From an uncultured Methanosarcinales archaeon (GTDB taxonomy: Archaea; Nanobdellota; Nanobdellia; Woesearchaeales; GW2011-AR15), in contig CAYMPC010000003.1 in the NCBI GenBank assembly GCA_964392465.1, forward strand, positions 1-47,690: 47,690 nucleotides of DNA. The letters are read 5' to 3'. The notes beneath the pieces were generated by a model. The model was not told where the DNA came from. It saw only the letters and a program-made list of their open reading frames with translations, and searched no databases. The translations under genes and the position numbers were made by a program. Positions 42,530 to 47,690 of the stretch are shown here, one piece after another (the stretch's first letter is position 1; each line of letters starts with the position of its first letter).

Positions 42530-43402
42530 ATGGGGTTTTTTGAGAATTTTAAAAAAAAAGAGGAAAATAATATGGGTGCACCGCAAAGTGTTCCTACTAT
42601 GAATAATAATAATCTTTCTACAAATGAAAATTTTGTATTACCCCCTCCTCCGCTTCCAAAAAAAAATTTGTCTTTTGATAAAAATACCTCTTCAAATATT
42701 GTAGTTCCTCCTGCTCCTCTTTTTTCTCAAAGCACCACTAACGCTTCTGCTATTCCAAATATAAATTCCCCGCCTCCGTTGCCACTTCCTCAACAAATTC
42801 AACCCGCGCCTCCTTTTAGCTTTCCTTCCAATCAATTAAATTTACAAGAATCAAAAAAAGAAGAAACTAACTATGCAAAAACCAATTCTAATTTATATGA
42901 AAAAAAAGAAGCATATATAGAAACACCCTTAACTTTTGAACAACCCAATAATACTAAAACTCCTGGTTTTCTTCCTTTAATGCCTCCTGTCAGGCAGCAA
43001 ACAAAAAACTTCTCTTCTTTTTCTTCTTCTATCCCCTCCTTTGATATAGAAAAAGAAGAAATACCTTCCTTTTCAACACAAGAAGAAACAAATATAAAAG
43101 AGGAAGCAGAATCTCTCCCTATCTTAGAAATATTTGATTCTGAAGAAGAAATGCCAAATATGGATTTTAGACATTCTGAATTGAAAAAGCCCTTGTTTAT
43201 AAGAACAGATTATTTCAGCCAAGTTCTCTCTACGCTCGATTCTATAAAAGAATATGTCACAGAATCTCCTGAAATTATTTCAGGATTAGAAAATCTTAAG
43301 AAAAACAGCGATATTGAAAACAGAAATTATAAAAATTCACTTGAAGATATCCAAAGAAAGTTAATTTATATAGACAAAGTACTATTTGAAAAAGAGGGAT
43401 AA
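42530..43402 (+). CDS. Uncharacterised protein: N-terminal amphipathic MGFFENFKKK, long Pro/Asn/Ser-rich linker with PPPPLP-type motifs, C-terminal ~66-aa helical domain
   Basis: No known motif. The C-terminal 66 aa align without gaps to the downstream 75-aa protein (24/66 identical by hand). Confidence 0.6.
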   Translation: MGFFENFKKKEENNMGAPQSVPTMNNNNLSTNENFVLPPPPLPKKNLSFDKNTSSNIVVPPAPLFSQSTTNASAIPNINSPPPLPLPQQIQPAPPFSFPSNQLNLQESKKEETNYAKTNSNLYEKKEAYIETPLTFEQPNNTKTPGFLPLMPPVRQQTKNFSSFSSSIPSFDIEKEEIPSFSTQEETNIKEEAESLPILEIFDSEEEMPNMDFRHSELKKPLFIRTDYFSQVLSTLDSIKEYVTESPEIISGLENLKKNSDIENRNYKNSLEDIQRKLIYIDKVLFEKEG

Positions 43403-43404
43403 TC

Positions 43405-43632
43405 ATGGATAAAGATAAAAATGTCTTTGTGAAGATAGAAGAATATAATGAGATCTTGGATATAGTCGCTTTAATTAATCAAAAAGTAAAAGAAGCAAGA
43501 ACTATCTTGGGAAAAATAAATGATTTAAAAAACCAGGAAGATCTTGAGTTGGATGTATGGAAAAACTCACTTGATGATGTTGAGAGAAAGTTAAGATATA
43601 TTGATCAAACCTTATTTGAACCAAGATATTAA
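43405..43632 (+). CDS. Uncharacterised 75-aa helical protein, stand-alone copy of the C-terminal domain of the upstream gene
   Basis: VFVKIEEYNEILDIVALINQKVKEARTILGKINDLKNQEDLELDVWKNSLDDVERKLRYIDQTLFE versus LFIRTDYFSQVLSTLDSIKEYVTESPEIISGLENLKKNSDIENRNYKNSLEDIQRKLIYIDKVLFE. The start lies 2 nt after the upstream stop, with GAGGG 6 nt upstream. Confidence 0.6.
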   Translation: MDKDKNVFVKIEEYNEILDIVALINQKVKEARTILGKINDLKNQEDLELDVWKNSLDDVERKLRYIDQTLFEPRY

Positions 43633-43633
43633 A

Positions 43634-43993
43634 ATGAGTGAAAAAGATTATTTTGTTGGGATATATGATCCTTTGGATGTGCGAAGAAATTTATTAGAAT
43701 CTTCTAAGGAGATAATAAAATCTCTGCAATCTTATGAAAGACTTGAAAAGATAAGAGAGGAAAAACTGAGATTATACAGGGAAATGAAAAGACTAAGTGC
43801 TGAACTTGATCTACTGGTTTCAAAGATTAAGCAAAACCTTCCAACTTCTGGATTGAGAAGGACATTAAAATCAAAACAAAAAAGTTTTAGTTCATTAAAT
43901 GTCTCTCCCGGAGGAAAAAAGTTTTCTTCTGAACTTCAAAAATTAGAAGAGCAGCTTAGAGAAGTTGAAAAACAGCTTTCTTTTATGACTTAG
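43634..43993 (+). CDS. Uncharacterised 119-aa predicted coiled-coil protein
   Basis: Track start at 43601 is TTG inside the upstream gene; the ATG at 43634 lies 1 nt after the upstream stop. Heptad-like EKIREEKLRLYREMKRLSAELDLLVSKIKQNLP and C-terminal ELQKLEEQLREVEKQLSF. Confidence 0.55.
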   Translation: MSEKDYFVGIYDPLDVRRNLLESSKEIIKSLQSYERLEKIREEKLRLYREMKRLSAELDLLVSKIKQNLPTSGLRRTLKSKQKSFSSLNVSPGGKKFSSELQKLEEQLREVEKQLSFMT

Positions 43994-44001
43994 TTCTAAA
44001 A

Positions 44002-44010
44002 AAATATAAA
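44002..44010 (+). promoter_or_regulatory. TATA box (AAATATAAA) for the HypC-like gene
   Basis: Lies 23-31 nt upstream of ATG 44033. Confidence 0.35.
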
Positions 44011-44032
44011 GGATTTTGTTTTTTAATTAGAT

Positions 44033-44245
44033 ATGTGTCTCCAAATTCCTGGAAAAGTAATAAGTATTAAAGGGAAAAAAGCTATAATTGATTATGATAT
44101 AGAAAAAAGAGAAGCGGTAATTGCAGATATTTCTCCTAAAGAAGGAGAATGGGTTTTAGTTGTTGGAAAATTTATTGTTGAGATTGTTCCTGAAAAGATT
44201 GGAAGAAAAAGCCTTAATCATTGGAAAAAAACAATGCTTGGTTGA
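44033..44245 (+). CDS. HypC/HybG/HupF-family small beta-barrel protein
   Basis: N-terminus MCLQIPGKVISI matches the family signature MC[LI]x[IV]PG. GEWVLVVGKFIVEIV sits where HypC has GxWVLVHVGFA. 70 aa. Confidence 0.7.
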   Translation: MCLQIPGKVISIKGKKAIIDYDIEKREAVIADISPKEGEWVLVVGKFIVEIVPEKIGRKSLNHWKKTMLG

Positions 44246-44960
44246 GTGTTTCTATGTTTTTTGTTGTGTATTTTTTAATGTGTGTTTCTTCTTTTTTTGT
44301 CAAAATTTTACAAGCAAAATCCCAGTGAATTGCAATACTATCGTTTGTTTTTAAATTAGGAAGGAACCAATCCACATATTCTATATATTGTATTTCTGGT
44401 TTGGCATAAGTTAGTTGGTTTTGCCTAAAAACTAAAGGTGATGCAGAAACAAGAAGTTGTTCTTTCATTATCTTCAAAACCTTCCCTACAGAAATAACAC
44501 ATTTGTTCATTGTTTGTATATTTGTTGGCACAGAACCTGTTGTTTTTCCCACCCCTACAAATAAAACATTAAAAGAATGATGTGGATTTACTCCTTCGGG
44601 TAATTTGTTTATAAGAAACCTAGCGTGCTTTTCTGGCAAGCCTCTTTTTGTTAATGCCATAATTATTTCCTTTATGTCTTTTTTTGAAAAGGAATCTAGC
44701 AATTTATTTCCTATCCAGTAACTTTCAACAACATCATAATCGAAAGGGTTTTTATTATGCTTTTTGGCAATATGTTCAAGATACACATATAGGCCCTCGT
44801 ATTTGGAAAAATGTGTTTCTATCTTTTTTTTATCATATTTTTTACCCTTTAGCATTAGATAAAAATCTGTGTAAGAATCCTTTGGTCCACAATACCTCAA
44901 CCTATTTGTTATAGAAGAAAATCTACATGCAAGCTCTAAGCCTTTTTCTTTGTTGCCCAT
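44214..44960 (-). CDS. Conserved hypothetical protein with a C-terminal HypC-like segment
   Basis: N-terminal LRYCGP motif. The C-terminal part KCVISVGKVLKI....NDSIAIHWDFACKILTKKEE parallels HypC MC[IV]xxPGxVxxI....WVLVHVGFAxxxIxxxEA. From memory it resembles a DUF family (DUF6390), which I cannot verify here. Confidence 0.55.
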   Translation of the reverse strand: MGNKEKGLELACRFSSITNRLRYCGPKDSYTDFYLMLKGKKYDKKKIETHFSKYEGLYVYLEHIAKKHNKNPFDYDVVESYWIGNKLLDSFSKKDIKEIIMALTKRGLPEKHARFLINKLPEGVNPHHSFNVLFVGVGKTTGSVPTNIQTMNKCVISVGKVLKIMKEQLLVSASPLVFRQNQLTYAKPEIQYIEYVDWFLPNLKTNDSIAIHWDFACKILTKKEETHIKKYTTKNIETLNQALFFSND

Positions 44961-45889
44961 GTTTTTCTAAGTTCCCTTATAGAAAAATTCTTTGTAGAAT
45001 TCATGAAAAGAACAACACCTGAAATTAATAAAACAATTCCAAATGCCTCACTATAAGAAATTGGTGCTCCTGATGCAATGTTTAAAAAAGTTGTAATTGG
45101 AGATCCCAATAATAAAATAGAAGTTGCCAAAGAAACATCAATATGCTTAAGTCCATTATACCATGTAAAAACATAAAAAATTAACATTAGGGAGGTTATC
45201 AATATCCAAATTAATTGTGTGCTTGTCAGACTAATTATTAAACTTGTTTTGCCTGTTGCAAATAAATAAATCAATATGAACAATGAACCAAAAAACATTC
45301 TTCCGAATGCAACAATATTCCCTGATAAGTTTGCTAAAATCCTTTTTGAAATTATATTTTCAACTGCCCAAAAAAGTGTTGCAACCAGAATCAATAAATC
45401 TCCCATTAAAAAAACACTGCTTGGCCTTAATAATAGATAGTTGCCAATTAATAAAATCAAAGAAGCAAAAACTACTTTCTTGTTGAGTTTTTCTTTTAGG
45501 AAAAGTAAGGCAAACAGAGTAACAAAGATAAACATTGATTTGTGGATTAATGAGGCATTTGCTGCACTTGTCATTTGCAATCCTTTAAAATAGATTATAA
45601 AAGGTGTTGCTCCTCCAATAAAACCAATAACCAATAGGCTTAACCAGTCTTTTTTATTCAATTTTTTGAACTCATTGAATTTAGATGTTATGAAAATCAA
45701 AGAAATAAAAAATAATGCAACTATGATATTTTTTGAAAACGTAAATATGCTTGAATCTATTCCTTTGACAGCATATTTATTAAGAAATATTGAAACTCCG
45801 CTTATGATTGCTGTTGAAAAAACAAGCAATAATGCATCTCTTTTTTCCATTGGGGTAAAGATAATTTGAAGGTATTTAAGTTTTTTCAT
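44936..45889 (-). CDS. EamA/DMT-family transporter
   Basis: 317 aa, about 10 TM in two similar halves, with no soluble domain. The 3' end overlaps the downstream gene's start by 25 nt. Confidence 0.7.
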   Translation of the reverse strand: MKKLKYLQIIFTPMEKRDALLLVFSTAIISGVSIFLNKYAVKGIDSSIFTFSKNIIVALFFISLIFITSKFNEFKKLNKKDWLSLLVIGFIGGATPFIIYFKGLQMTSAANASLIHKSMFIFVTLFALLFLKEKLNKKVVFASLILLIGNYLLLRPSSVFLMGDLLILVATLFWAVENIISKRILANLSGNIVAFGRMFFGSLFILIYLFATGKTSLIISLTSTQLIWILITSLMLIFYVFTWYNGLKHIDVSLATSILLLGSPITTFLNIASGAPISYSEAFGIVLLISGVVLFMNSTKNFSIRELRKTWATKKKA

Positions 45890-45944
45890 TTTATTATTTT
45901 ACTGTTTTTTCACTTAATTTTTAAATAAATCTTCTTTTTCTTTA

Positions 45945-47219
45945 ATGAATATGAAAATATTAATTATATCTGAGTATTTCTACCCCGAGGAAAAAGGCGG
46001 CGGAGAGATTAGTGCTTTTCTTCTCGCAAAAGAAATTGCAAAATCAGGGATAGAAACACATGTTCTTACTTCTTACTTTGAAAAATTAAAAAAAGAAGAA
46101 ACAATCGAAAAAGTAAAAATCCATAGAACACTTAAAACTGGAAAAAATCCCTCTTCTGTCTTGAGCAATATTAAAAGAGATCTTTTTTTTGAGAGATCTT
46201 TGCTAAACGAATTGAAAATATTAGAGGACAAAGAATCTTTTGATATTATACATTGCATGAACATAACTAGCATATATGCAATTAAGTTAAAACAAAAAAT
46301 CAAAAAACCTTTTGTTCTTCATGTTAACAGCCCTGTCTTATTTTGCCCAAAAGCAACGCTTATGTATCAGGACAGACAAGAATGTTTTTTTGAATGTAAA
46401 TTATGCACTTTCTTAAAATGTTATTTAAAATCTAAAAATCTTGGAAAATTTGAATTATCTCCTGTTCTTAAATATAACTTGTTTACTTTTTTTGGAATCA
46501 GAAAAAAGTATAAAAATTATCAAAAAATAATTAAGAGATTTGATTATTATTTTGCAATAAGTACTTATATGAAAGAACGACTTCTGAAAGCAGGAATTCC
46601 TCAAAATAAAATTGATATTATCTATAATGAAATCAACTTAAATAATTTCCAGAGATTAAAACAGAATAAAAACAGAATAAAAAGAATACTCTATCTTGGG
46701 GAATATAGTAGACCAAAGGGCCCACATGTTTTAATTGAGGCATTAAAAAAGATAAAACTGCCATATGAAGCAAATTTTTACGGGGAGGGTAATTTAAAAG
46801 AGTATTTAAAAAAAGAGATTAAAAATAACAAAATAAATGCAAAAATTAATGAAAAAATTAAATATGATAAATTGCCAGAGATTGTGCAAATGCACGATAT
46901 TGTTGTTATTCCTTCTCTTGTGGGTGAGGCTTTTGGAAGGGTTGCCCTTGAAGCTATTGCAGCGGGAAAGGTTGTTGTGGCGTCTGATGTTGGAGGAATA
47001 GGAGATATTATTAAAGAAGGAAAAACTGGTTTTTTATATAATGGAAAAAATAATTTGGTTTATTTGATTAATCTTCTTTTGGAGAAGAAAATTTCTTTAG
47101 ATAGGGGTGTTATAAAAAAACACATAAAACATTTGAAAAAAAATAATAGCGAAACAGTAATAAAAATTTACAAGAGATTACAAAATGAAAATAAAAAACA
47201 AAAGCAAGAAAAAAATTAA
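45945..47219 (+). CDS. GT4 (GT-B, group 1) glycosyltransferase
   Basis: ILIISEYFYPEEKGGGEISAFLLAKEIAKSG; C-terminal E-x7-E region PSLVGEAFGRVALEAIAAGKVVVASDVGGIGDII. An alternative ATG at 45951 fits the upstream A/T box better. Confidence 0.85.
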   Translation: MNMKILIISEYFYPEEKGGGEISAFLLAKEIAKSGIETHVLTSYFEKLKKEETIEKVKIHRTLKTGKNPSSVLSNIKRDLFFERSLLNELKILEDKESFDIIHCMNITSIYAIKLKQKIKKPFVLHVNSPVLFCPKATLMYQDRQECFFECKLCTFLKCYLKSKNLGKFELSPVLKYNLFTFFGIRKKYKNYQKIIKRFDYYFAISTYMKERLLKAGIPQNKIDIIYNEINLNNFQRLKQNKNRIKRILYLGEYSRPKGPHVLIEALKKIKLPYEANFYGEGNLKEYLKKEIKNNKINAKINEKIKYDKLPEIVQMHDIVVIPSLVGEAFGRVALEAIAAGKVVVASDVGGIGDIIKEGKTGFLYNGKNNLVYLINLLLEKKISLDRGVIKKHIKHLKKNNSETVIKIYKRLQNENKKQKQEKN

Positions 47220-47690
47220 AGTGTTGTATGCTGGGAATTTCAAGCTTTCTCATTACCCTCGCGGGCGAATTTTATATAATGGGCTTCTACAAAATAAAGT
47301 AGATACAAAATTAGTTTTGGCACAGAACTTAAAAGGATATTTAAACCTTTTTTTAGAGATAATAAAAAAAGATTATGATATTATAATGGTTACTGGCAAA
47401 CCTGTTTTTCTTATTGCTTTCTTTCTGAAATTCTGGCACAGGAAAAAAATATTATTTGATGTTTTTATAAGCGATTATGAAAACTTGGTATTGAATAGAA
47501 AAAAAGTAAAAGAAGGTAGTTTCTTTGCAAAGGCGATATGGTTATTAGATAGATATAGTTGTGTTTTTTCTGATTTTAATATTCTTGACACTAAATTTCA
47601 TATAGATTATTTTTGTCAAACATATAAATTAGATAAAAATAAATTTGATGTTGTTTTTGTTGGCGCAGAGGATGAATTGTTTTATCCTAG
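47185..47690 (+). CDS. Probable glycosyltransferase (GT-B N-terminal domain-like), 5' part only; runs off the window end
   Basis: Absent from the ORF track because there is no stop. Hand translation from ATG 47185: MKIKNKSKKKIKVLYAGNFKLSHYPRGRILYNGLLQNKVDTKLV...IIMVTGKPVFLIAFFLKFWHRKKILFDVFISDYENLV...DVVFVGAEDELFYP, open to the window end. Overlaps the GT4 gene by 35 nt. Confidence 0.5.
   Translation, partial: MKIKNKSKKKIKVLYAGNFKLSHYPRGRILYNGLLQNKVDTKLVLAQNLKGYLNLFLEIIKKDYDIIMVTGKPVFLIAFFLKFWHRKKILFDVFISDYENLVLNRKKVKEGSFFAKAIWLLDRYSCVFSDFNILDTKFHIDYFCQTYKLDKNKFDVVFVGAEDELFYP

Noticed and set aside
1-47690. Search for rRNA, tRNA, other structured RNAs, CRISPR arrays, transposases/integrases and terminal inverted repeats
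   Set aside because: In this AT-rich DNA structured RNAs should stand out as GC-rich islands. The only non-coding stretches over 200 bp (13295-13598, 32934-33171, 42313-42529) show no tRNA cloverleaf elements, no T-loop GGTTCGAAT-like sequence and no regularly spaced repeats. No ORF resembles a transposase, integrase or Cas protein.

Overview
Visibly AT-rich, very gene-dense archaeal DNA: about 59 protein genes, with many junctions of 0-10 nt or overlapping, and several convergent 3' overlaps. I found no rRNA, tRNA, CRISPR array or mobile element. Archaeal identity rests on TBP, MCM, an archaeo-eukaryotic primase, aSUI1, RNase P protein Rpp29 and eL19/eL32/eS4. It also rests on a complete archaeal-order ribosomal protein cluster, uL3 through uL15 then SecY, on the minus strand at 19394-32933. 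The compact proteins, the fused primase and the AT-richness suggest a small-genome (DPANN-like) archaeon; that is inference only. Layout: (i) 1-13294 is a glycosylation island. It holds two complete GT2 genes plus a third cut by the window start, a SAM methyltransferase, three tandem polytopic GT-C proteins and a glmM / glmU-like / glmS operon. (ii) 13.3-19.3 kb holds housekeeping genes: a wHTH protein, Maf, a Fap7-like kinase, a PRC-barrel protein, an M1 aminopeptidase and an Nfo-like protein. (iii) The ribosomal protein/SecY cluster. (iv) 34-40 kb is an information-processing block: an RPA32-like OB protein coupled to MCM, TBP, NAD(P)HX dehydratase, a fused PriS-PriL(CTD) primase and a mini-Toprim protein. 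(v) 40-47.7 kb is an accessory region. It holds a sequon-rich lamin-tail-domain surface protein, a translationally coupled trio of uncharacterised coiled-coil proteins, a convergent pair of HypC-like-domain proteins, an EamA transporter and GT4 glycosyltransferases. Many genes have an A/T-rich TATA-like box about 23-32 nt upstream of the ATG, implying leaderless or short-leader mRNAs. Operon-internal genes more often show GGAGG/GGTGA-like Shine-Dalgarno (SD) sequences. Best candidates for undescribed biology are the coiled-coil trio (42530-43993), the three STT3/AglB-like paralogs lacking WWDYG (618-5601) and the HypC-like pair (44033-44960). All functional calls come from motif recognition by eye; no database search was run.
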